Of a DNA stretch of 64,000 nucleotides, positions 50,301-55,129 are shown piece after piece. The first letter of the stretch is position 1. Every line of letters begins with the position of its first letter. The notes under the pieces are model-generated. The model made no database searches. It was not told where the DNA came from and saw only the letters and a list, made by a program, of their open reading frames with translations. This stretch comes from a virus. The position numbers and the translations under genes were made by a program. Location of the stretch: IMG/VR virus record IMGVR_UViG_3300046804_003780. The stretch is one strand, 5' to 3'.

Positions 50301-51246
50301 TAACTGCGTCAAAACCTCCGTTGTCATAAAAGGTATCAACTGCTGTAATTTGTAATGGCGGAGCACCATAAAACATTAATGTCTTGTCTAATAAATTTGT
50401 AGCACCATCAATATTTCCAATTTGGCTAAGTCTTTGTCCGTGTATATTATAAAAAAATTGAGTTGTAACTAAATCGACATTAACATTTCCTGTATAGTTT
50501 TGAGATTGCTGGGCGTCTGCATATGGTACATTAAAAATCATCACCCCTTCTGAGGTGCCATTATTTTCTAATCCAAAAATGTCTCTTGTACTTACATTAG
50601 GCCTATTTGGAAGCACGCCAGAAAGACCTGGAGCGGTCTGTATCCAAAATTTAGAATTTTGATCTACATTAAAATAATATGTTCCACCACGTAATAATGT
50701 TATTGTTGGGTTAAATTCTTCAATAGAAAAATTGTCTTGTATAAACAAAAACTCGTTAGTTTGACTTTTAACATCAAAAAAGGAAGTTAGATTGATAGGC
50801 AATGGTTCAATATTAATTACATCTGGTCCAAAAGGTAACCAATAATATTGACTATAGTTAGACAATTTATCCAAATCTGCAAAACTATCCCAACTGTAAA
50901 ATTGATTATTAAATAACAAAGAATTATTTGTGACTGGCGCCCCTTGTAGTTTAAGGGCATCAATCATTTCAGGATAGGTAATAAAATCTAATGCTCTGTT
51001 TGTTTCATTTTTTTTAAAAATAACTGCAGGTTCTAATTGATAATCAGTTCTTGTTTTATTAATTTCAGGTATGTAATAAGAGTTTGGAGTCAACCCGTAT
51101 TCAAATCTTCTGCCAATATAACCTTGAAGCTTTTCTAAATCTTGTTGTTGAACAAGTTGATCCAATGTGGCGGATAAAAAGTTTTCATTAGGAGTCGTTT
51201 TAAAAATTTCTGGAAGAAAATCAATTGTTCTAACTTGCGCTACCAT
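35392..51246 (-). CDS. Giant 5284-aa baseplate wedge / virion structural protein (gp7-like position)
   Basis: Uninterrupted ORF directly after gp6; N-terminal FLPEIF; FG-GAP-like and SxDGxxW propeller repeats; YINEVKPY. Confidence 0.8.
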   Translation of the reverse strand: MVAQVRTIDFLPEIFKTTPNENFLSATLDQLVQQQDLEKLQGYIGRRFEYGLTPNSYYIPEINKTRTDYQLEPAVIFKKNETNRALDFITYPEMIDALKLQGAPVTNNSLLFNNQFYSWDSFADLDKLSNYSQYYWLPFGPDVINIEPLPINLTSFFDVKSQTNEFLFIQDNFSIEEFNPTITLLRGGTYYFNVDQNSKFWIQTAPGLSGVLPNRPNVSTRDIFGLENNGTSEGVMIFNVPYADAQQSQNYTGNVNVDLVTTQFFYNIHGQRLSQIGNIDGATNLLDKTLMFYGAPPLQITAVDTFYDNGGFDAVSTNPVGFDSASFVNVSQYFFKITYEETDEPGDPIINLTPLNVIPTNTNITVLIGNQYIFKKFVRLQTGEIQIIPEVTAPLDTLYYQDSENLKKIGVIKIVDSNEANYINVETDILNKLTYISPNNVKFTNGLKISFSGDVVPEKYKTDQYYVEGVGTGIKLISASTLVTPESYSQSVYNPYDAAPYDIAPYSDIVESPITQDYITINRAAQNLNAWTRGNRWFHSQVIQETIKHTNSKNLLNVINSNEARAKRPIIEFYPNLKLFNLGIQAKPPVDYFDITATDAFTQVASQLQYYPDGLSFGLFDGCKVIFSADTDVNVRNKIYRVNYISTSVATQTSTVISSTSASTDRLTVTDSTSFVVGSLVSLNQNIGNLTAFTKYYVYDIPNSTSLRLSTDPNLSNFIQLDNATGNVVITQSPPVITLTKIANGDVESFDQTVVLLGEDRKGYTYWFNGSTWIQGQLKTTVNQPPLFDIFDSNGLSFGDTDYYNSSSFIGTSLFQYATGTGNNDPILGFPLKYSSVNNIGDIQFNVSYNTDKFNYVLNGIQTTQDVNTGYIYNYQSKTDYVRELGWQTAISNSIQYQAFNFNYDPAKGSPIFICDVPAKSTDSTAWPVVQVYVRDNILFDTEFTFAVQGNTTTITLNSTPILETPIQILIYSDKVSTTGYFTIPTNLENNIFNAQIVSPNLGDIKNHYLSICTNSKRIVGQIFGANNYRDLPNLVRYGTKIIQNSAPLSLTGAFLKNANFNLIDSLNFNSVEYIKYKSLLIDVVSKTPYESYQIASTILDNAINEITSYKTQSNSFFWSDMLPSKGAYITNRYSFNADVNQSQFSLSKIYDFTSANYNSVLLYLLRNVNGVLVQRQLIRDVDYIVSSDQPLVNVYTDLVIGDVIVVNEYNQTYGSYVPNTPTKLGFYPATIPEVVYDTSYVNPTWFIKGHDGSLTTLYGEYKNGYLTDYRDQVIFEFECRIYNNLKVSSKIPISSDEVLPGQFRNTDYNYDEILQLYSMSFLNWVGQNRIDYKSQYYSATDAYTYNYYQATNRLDNTLVKRGNWKGLYNWFFDTVTPNLTPWEMIGYTNKPKWWDSYYGLPPYTKNNLVLWTDMENGYDYNDGNPIIIESRKRPGLLKVLPVDDLGNLVDPLNSVIGNYDNLTFQTQWKVGDWGPAEFSYLKSSSWPYDLVKILALCKPAKFYALGENLDTYKFNDEFDQYLVNNKFRFQTTGSVLYGSGTAQHSYINWIVDYVQSTGNSGYDILTEYLNNLDVRLVYRLAGFSDKELLKFYVDKGSPTSRNNSLLIPDESYQVLLHENQPFDTIVYSSIIIQKTDTGYQVYGNSQNKIYFKTFAPLVNGKYETITSGSLSVRISKNSSGKVVIVPYSTEFSTPQALAEFINSYGNYLSSQGLEFNQVENNLILNWNQMIQEVLAWIQAGWETGSILNINPLAKKIVINKENAIVQPLTLQAQNYVLNQNLIPIQIKDMSIIRNGVEFSAIPIKVDDTIAYFNANLSNIEHAIVFDNVTLFNDLIYDPNTGLRQYRMLLKGAKTATWDGTVDTKGFILNQDNVIDWQANTKYTKGVIVKYKNNYYASNEIIQPAASFQQNLWTKVDYDLIQKGLLPNASSRAYESTLYYNSYQANLENDADLLSFSLIGYRPRDYLAAANLDDISQVNLYKTMIVEKGSKQATSAIQNITLQTGGINYTTYENWAINIGNYGGVLDQNFIEFKLDQQKLNGNPAIVSIIKDVNEPGSMQEIPIYALSNYGRVPNNINILPLLPSGTFNQLPSAGYVNFEDIKTYSFKVANLNQNEVSIYDIYKNEYIWIADFKGDWRIYATTSLNANIPVAIINVVNNLNDTCTVFFDKPHNLAVNTVIMILNYSSFVDGFYIIVRISDANSVVIDLSLPLSISNIESTGIVAKLQNQRVSSPKDISNLNLIDTEFVLSTVWVDENINGTWAVYRKGINYQLSSSFNKPVPTSSFGSSVAFDAKLGYFLGDSGTGNVYRYKYESNINFWNLDETITIPSSPTGFGSSMDKKQNFLAILKSATTSIVYIYELVSTEKIEAVALQNSFNISGSGAADKVVMSDDCNYFFVGRGSTRQVFVYRKNSNLTFTSIGYPLTSAISVNGNQFRVSGDRRSLLLEGQMVSFSNVNGSTTYKIITGEFDAGSNLTTFTIEGYFFAGANIGTTVYRAYYDYTNVATITGAGSATNFGSNISTNYNGTQLFISAPNQDFNAVTDTGVVYIYNRVKQIFESRFTPIQTIATSFALAWTPTNSISVFLNGNILSSSNYTLSTNILTIKEQIVLKAGDLILVEGNDFILSQTLIGHSEVTNPRVGILYGKGLSNNNLGNELLVGSPFDIVDATGTEGTVYRYTNAGKKFGIITGSSVYNLSSQINILINGFAVTLPATGINNAVIAINEANIPNVIASKTNDNKLVIQLINQSLNVLEDKLNLTVFAEANFASLGITFYKKTQTLHDPNIQNNTQYGTSIKFNELNSFVVSAPTSNRYTQTTFDFTDDEDYSNDTIFDNNFTVFTDVVADAGSAYVYDYLGAYNESIDNIGKFVLGQLVNDTTTTLGSAPYYGTNISFNNYNIIIGSPTYLSGSQNGRVNIFRNTSGKPNWYIYRNPTNTVDINKLHGVSIYNNLNNLNIVSLDYIDPLQGKLLGVVAQNLDYISSVDPAGYNNNNVRKSVWGQEYVGKLWFDTSETKFIDYHQNNILYNSRYWGTVFPGSTVSVYTWIESDVLPIDYTGVGTVYDIDAYTTLNEIVESGTIVTRYYYWVKNIGTVLSNAKTLADNIVSSYISNPITSGIAFLAPLKQNVYALYNVFEYISATFTSLHLGYKTDSGNDVAHTEFKLIRDGYAEDFLPGLPTLYNNLVTPNGLYQKLLDSFSGVDLLGQSVPNPFLPRLLQTGTNLRPSQSFFYNRLRALENYVQFANNVMIKFPITELKNPSFLTLGGVATTGLNAPAFFTLSGDDFDTNNYWEYVNWWAEGYSDSTRTDIDVPKYYDLEKLNAFENMIVGVNANSNGKREVYLYQNNNWNRIGLELGTIAIKKSLYDYSINGIGFGDSFYDSTPYDSFPSVETYNIIRGLNEEVFTDDLLIYRNQGLILLFQYIITETEEFGNYLPWLNKTSFLDVEHTLRELEQTKNFQRDNEDFLYGYINEVKPYRVKLKEFSLKYTKTNLYDGDISDFDLPAQWNATLDSFITPELVFSDTLLESQYNSSDKIWQEPQYNQWFNNYGVKLQGKENYFIGLLREYVPVATKIIVVDNAFGYPTVGVIKIDNEYIGYNTVDRDLGILSGLTRGALDTEVVDHFPGTKIFIDLPAVSVIYGGRGYTEPPNIVSYVNTEVFPAPKVQASLKAQMSAGEVVAVTVLNSGEGYKVLPELIIEPSIEHKFNTSDINYTNYTINVPFKLFETGDLLKYSKGSNLSTILGLIDNQYYYIRLIEYGTKKPAVTIANQNRPTAIAFYISKINALTDTHRLILVQGRTPSNNHVLTLGARLAPISSNAPTRQITPVLKFDRTSYRPEVTVWEPNQFYISTYNSIGNDASYASKLATAIPFPSVSGNVSPAGGSGALFDVYAWIYGNQDEPPDFYSTANNVGVYTAILNSGGLNYQAGNVITIPGNLLGGTAPTNSCTITVVSVTLAGSITQFIVEGVAKPVFLSSLQGATVPISAVTTESGTNNVIVTFNYTNTSLAAGYLNKTKLYFYKVARLTTPYIYDNSGSGGAIIWVTSPRIYGTTVSNEYDIDIKDFGNIYTTGDVITISGALLGGSSPANDLIITVTFALSGAIVFYSLSGICSNAFDEYYTIPISATKCRLFYDATLINPVKNTGATPFIFTAGDIGFYPEPFTIPAASLVTYNNKLYKCIVANSDATFDFTKWELLQSDYPFINALDRIIAYYQPTINMPGKHLPLLMTGLEYPNGTNLGNKFNDDFELDVILQGQPFYPKEIDIKSIVYDGAKYVAIGNAATNATVLYSIDGRNWTFKKISDTPINVTRIIYSGSFYVISALNASAPLLISYDGFNWVSVGSYTVYDDAPFDVAGFDTLSVETPNDELYDVVYYNNNYVAVGNNVLSSINATSWGTGYSFGSRLPNVLKSVAYIPGADATSFEGFIAVGNGTSIIEGPDTPSPVFADQARVVISYDGITWTNTNQTFDVNFNTVFGSNTKIIAAGDFGKIYWSTNASNWNVATILGPSFNQQINHGIYALNTYIVICNNGYILYSSDGETWSQTSQISSNNLNEIEFDGNYLIAVGENSTILRSSNVIDWENISFLTANEPEYNIKGETFLSGYGPEEMVPALITDNLQLTVKTTPGSLWDPTVYENFGFYVNSGIFDLGNSTAFSFANLSPYATQIAVYIISNTNNRATRIYTVNQVPTPTSLVKIQSIDWVFKVVTLTSPLSPTEKIYFEVYSLGGGNQEVKGTSDNVPVKFDAKKNVSYIDTNYPYKDGVYLFPVVYINGVKKINNVDYKIEPNKSNAITIVFTSIINLATQYVSFAIYGPANTIYQYCMPETQVFQYVSGPKTFTLTNNMGGNNPNNAVVEIDGIRARNTIDYTIVGTTLTVIPSIAANTIVSVTSFNDTQNQFFVTQTSTSIRVTPIYYINTPATPVVVTTATNAFFVNQDQVLIDGVQNITEINNNIFYVRVLPTYVENAVTYYRYELYSDFNLSVPVIGNTYGTFYSNGVGSGGFIWKYTNTISINQPTLDIIDTNRLFVHINGTRVTPNNLRINQPNNRLSIMSPIALGNTIIVTSYMPSPTPNELWYTLTVNKNNEMVIANSNIENRTWLVRPIYPTDTKIYVDDVTKLVDITSTVSYASYDITTQKIYSYLNYNIVDIVLLTVNNLVTGLELAKTSYYLNTVNSTTQVIFTSGVTDGDALEFVLRFGNTIIINGEKIRFKNINIEDNTITNFVRGAEGTAILPTQDKYSYVLSFSTKDILDPFYYNKIWNSDDYSANGDPLQISNTIPANFLKSD

Positions 51247-51258
51247 ATTTTTCTCATC

Positions 51259-54200
51259 TTAAGGTTGTAATTGTTCTGGTGTAATTGCTGCTATGATTAC
51301 TATGTCATTTGACTGTGCGCCATTTACAAATATTTCATATGGGGCACATCTTACTTCATACAAATCACCAAATGTAAGTGAAGGGTCTTTTGGTACAATA
51401 ATAGCTGAACTTATAAGTCCATTTAAATTTGTATGTAAATATGCACTCAATTCACTAAAAAAGAATGTGTCTCCAAAATCCCAATTATCTATACTAAAAT
51501 AATTATTCATCGCAGTTAACACAGCAGCACGTATTTCGCTGTCACTTGCTGTTGTTAAACTTGATTTAATAACCTTTATTGTTGCCTGTAGTTGCGGTGC
51601 TGCTTTTACACCAAACAAAGGTTTAAAAGTTACACTGTTAAAAACAACCGTGTCGCTCATCATTTTATAGTCATTTACTTTACTATATTCTTGAGTTAAT
51701 TGCTCTACTGTAGGTTTGGCTGGTTCTGAAACTGTACCAGTTGTATCTTTTAACCAGTTAGTGTAAGTGGTATAATAAGCTAACGTAACTATGTATAAAT
51801 CAATTATATTAGTTGTTCCAGGATCAATTCTCGTAGTATTATTACTTAAATGATTATATTGAAAAAATATACTTTGTCTTCCTGTTAGTGCTGTATAATT
51901 TGTTACTGCTACTAAATTTACAATGTTTTCTGCAGTTGAATCTGCAACACTTTGATAAAATTTGTTTTCACTATAGGCGTAAAAAATCTGTCCAATTGGA
52001 TATTCATATTTTACTACTTCAACATCATTTTTGTTAGGATAATTGTAATTAATTAATATTGGTTCTGTAATGCCGTTCTTAGTTAAATAATTTATATCTG
52101 TAAAAGTTTCTATAAAAACAAAATATGATGTGTTTGTAGATCCAAAAGTGTATCCTGTAATTGTAGTAAAAAAATCTGGGTTATCAATCAAAGAAGAATT
52201 TTTTGCATCTAAACTACTAACCTCTATTGAATAATCATCTGGATATCCATCTGCTTCAACAGTTTGACCAACTACATTTAAGTTAAAGTTTTCACCTAAT
52301 ATAGATAAAGAATTAGGTGTGGTATTAGTTTTTAAAACATTGATCTTGTCATATGCTAATGTTCCTGATAACGGATCAAATATTATTTTTTCTGAATCAA
52401 AAGTAAATCTAGTATTTTTTACGCTACCAAAATAATATGTAATTGCTTTACTTGTAATTCTGTACGCCCCGCTACCTAAACTTTCAAATTTAATTAATGC
52501 GTCTGGTCTATTGTAATTACCTACAAACCATCTATCGACATTTACTGGTAAATTGTTGACATAGTAAAGTGAAAAGCTTTGTAAATTTTCAAAGTAATCA
52601 AGTACCAACTGTAAAATGGGAGTTGGCAAAATATTATCAAAAACTGGAATTATAGTATCTAATATAGCTCCTGTAGATACAAACTTACTAAGGCTAACTG
52701 GACCTAATCCATTATATAAATTTCCTTCACCGCCGTTAAATCCGTCTGCAACTACATTTAATACATTTACCCACATAAATGTATTGTTAATTGATGGTGG
52801 GGCTCCTGCTACTAGTCTTTCATTTTGAAAATAATAACCAGAAGGGGCAACAAACTTGATTAAGGCACCCGGAGTACAATACTTCAAATTATATGCGTTG
52901 AATACACCTGCTGCTACTGGTCCTCCGGCGTTTTTAAAATATCCAGTAACTACTGTCCCATCGTAGCTAGTTTGATTCCAAGTAGTTACGCCGTCACCAG
53001 ATGCTAAATTTATTGGATAACGATTTGCATTAACAACATAATATTGATATAAATTTCTATTTGATATGATTTCTAAAATTTGATTACTGAATAATCTATT
53101 TGCTGAACCTGACGCCTCGCTCGTATTAAAATCATAAAATTTATCGTTTGTATTTAAATATAAAGCGCCATCATCACCAAAACTAGTGGTGCTAGAATAT
53201 TTTCCTGTAGGGTCTAATAAATCAAAATTTCTTGAAATACCAATTGATGTTCTATTTAAAGCTTTTGTTTTAATAATTGAACTGTATAGAGTGTATGGGA
53301 AATTATTGTAATCTTCACCATTCACCATTCTATTTTGAGAGTAAAAATAAACTGGTGCTCTAGCTTTTATGTCGGCAATAGATTCTCTAGTTTGTGCATT
53401 GTTAATTGGTTGTGTAAGTTCAACGGTCAATGTCAAAGTTTCAATTCGATTAAATTTACTGACATAACTAAAAGTTAAAGTTGTATTAGTAAGTTCAACT
53501 GGATCAATAACGTATTGTAATCCATTACTTGATCTTACATACGCTCTAAACGAACCTACAGGAATTTCACTAAAAACTCCGTCACCAAATATATAATTTA
53601 CCTGATCGTTAAATCTTGATGTTACTGAAAATACAGCTTTGCGTGAATTTTGTTCACGCAGATATGTATTTGCATACAAATTTTCAACCTGGACCCAATT
53701 TAAAAGTTGGTTAGTTGTTGGGTCAATTTTATATAACCACGTGTCAGTATTGTTTACCCCTTGAATTTCTCCAATAGGTACAACTTGATTTGAAATTTGT
53801 TGGTTTAAGGTAAAATCATAATTTACTAATGATCCTTGTTTAAAATACAAAAAGAATCCTGAATTTGTACTACCGTATCCTAGTTTATCGTTACGATAGA
53901 GTATATTAAACGTTCCCTTTGGGTTAGGGGGAATTTCATAGACATATGTTTCATCAATTGACGTTGCGCTTACACATTCAAAATTCATGGTAACTCCGCC
54001 AACTGTAGCGTTGAAAGGAATAACAGGGAGTACGCTGGAAGGTATTTTCAGTGTATATTCTTCCGTTTTAATATTAGCTATCTCTTGTGTGTTCGCTGGT
54101 CTACCTATTCGCTGAGCATCTACTAATGCAGCGTTTATAACAGAGTTAAACTGTTCTAACCAATTTGGGTTTGCTGGATCATTCCAAAAAATAGGGATTC

Positions 54201-54615
54201 CAGCTAATCCCAACCCATTAATGTCTATTACATTTTCAGACGTTGTAATGCTTGTTATCTTTAAAAAACCTTGGGCAGTATTGTTTCTTTTTGGATTGTA
54301 ATTTACTAGATTGGCTAACTTAATAACACTATCTCTGCGTTCTGCTGTATCGATAAAATTTTCACGTGTGTTTAAATCATCACGGAAAGATACAGCTTGA
54401 CCCATAAAAGCTATTACATCAAGCAAGGCTATAAATTCACTGCTTTCAACGTAATCGTTGAAAGTTTCAGGATAATATAAACGAAGGTAATCTATAAAAC
54501 TTTTACGTAAAGTTTCATAATCATAGCTTTGAAAATTAGCTTGACTATATGTTTTATAGACTGTTTTCCAGTCGTTTACACCAAAAATTGTAGCTTGTCT
54601 TGAACTTGTAGCCAT
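51259..54615 (-). CDS. gp6: Baseplate wedge protein, T4 gp6-like
   Basis: YDYETLR, FNDY..SS, ENFIDTAERRDSV, FGDGVF, ESIADIKARAP..SQNRMVNGEDY. Confidence 0.88.
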   Translation of the reverse strand: MATSSRQATIFGVNDWKTVYKTYSQANFQSYDYETLRKSFIDYLRLYYPETFNDYVESSEFIALLDVIAFMGQAVSFRDDLNTRENFIDTAERRDSVIKLANLVNYNPKRNNTAQGFLKITSITTSENVIDINGLGLAGIPIFWNDPANPNWLEQFNSVINAALVDAQRIGRPANTQEIANIKTEEYTLKIPSSVLPVIPFNATVGGVTMNFECVSATSIDETYVYEIPPNPKGTFNILYRNDKLGYGSTNSGFFLYFKQGSLVNYDFTLNQQISNQVVPIGEIQGVNNTDTWLYKIDPTTNQLLNWVQVENLYANTYLREQNSRKAVFSVTSRFNDQVNYIFGDGVFSEIPVGSFRAYVRSSNGLQYVIDPVELTNTTLTFSYVSKFNRIETLTLTVELTQPINNAQTRESIADIKARAPVYFYSQNRMVNGEDYNNFPYTLYSSIIKTKALNRTSIGISRNFDLLDPTGKYSSTTSFGDDGALYLNTNDKFYDFNTSEASGSANRLFSNQILEIISNRNLYQYYVVNANRYPINLASGDGVTTWNQTSYDGTVVTGYFKNAGGPVAAGVFNAYNLKYCTPGALIKFVAPSGYYFQNERLVAGAPPSINNTFMWVNVLNVVADGFNGGEGNLYNGLGPVSLSKFVSTGAILDTIIPVFDNILPTPILQLVLDYFENLQSFSLYYVNNLPVNVDRWFVGNYNRPDALIKFESLGSGAYRITSKAITYYFGSVKNTRFTFDSEKIIFDPLSGTLAYDKINVLKTNTTPNSLSILGENFNLNVVGQTVEADGYPDDYSIEVSSLDAKNSSLIDNPDFFTTITGYTFGSTNTSYFVFIETFTDINYLTKNGITEPILINYNYPNKNDVEVVKYEYPIGQIFYAYSENKFYQSVADSTAENIVNLVAVTNYTALTGRQSIFFQYNHLSNNTTRIDPGTTNIIDLYIVTLAYYTTYTNWLKDTTGTVSEPAKPTVEQLTQEYSKVNDYKMMSDTVVFNSVTFKPLFGVKAAPQLQATIKVIKSSLTTASDSEIRAAVLTAMNNYFSIDNWDFGDTFFFSELSAYLHTNLNGLISSAIIVPKDPSLTFGDLYEVRCAPYEIFVNGAQSNDIVIIAAITPEQLQP

Positions 54616-54662
54616 ACTTTTATCTCTTTTTAATATTTATCAATTCTAAAATTCCACTATTT

Positions 54663-55118
54663 TCAACGGTTATTTAACGACACAAGACCGCTTCCTCTGT
54701 CAAAATTAAGTTGTAACAATTGGACTTGATTTGTTGCAGATACAGCCATTTCAACTTCCGTTAGAAAACCATTCTCATACGGATAAGTTGTAATTGTTCC
54801 TAACACAATCCTAGGATCAAGTGCAGCTATTCTACGTATTTCGTTATCTATTTGTATTTGCACTTCAGGGATATTTGGTTCAAATATATATGTCCAAATA
54901 GATGTGCCATAAGAAGGTTTGCCAACTTTTTGTCCTTGCGGAGTGTTCAATGCATTTAAAAAATCTACAATTACTAATTGATCGTCGTAAAGACTAAATT
55001 TTTTACTAGGAAACACTGGTGCAACGACTGAACCTGGTCCTCCGCTTATACCAGGAGGTATAATAGAAGGTTTTTGAGCATTTGTAAAAAGTGTACTAAA
55101 GCCTTTATAAATTACCAT
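54663..55118 (-). CDS. gp25: Baseplate wedge / sheath initiator, gp25-like
   Basis: LNTPQGQKVGKPSYGTSIWTYIFEP...DPRI signature. Confidence 0.88.
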   Translation of the reverse strand: MVIYKGFSTLFTNAQKPSIIPPGISGGPGSVVAPVFPSKKFSLYDDQLVIVDFLNALNTPQGQKVGKPSYGTSIWTYIFEPNIPEVQIQIDNEIRRIAALDPRIVLGTITTYPYENGFLTEVEMAVSATNQVQLLQLNFDRGSGLVSLNNR

Positions 55119-55129
55119 AATTTTAATCC

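Noticed and set aside
35392-51246. Intein or intron explaining the giant ORF
   Set aside because: No intein splice motifs or homing-endonuclease signature noticed by eye; an HMM scan would be needed to exclude this fully
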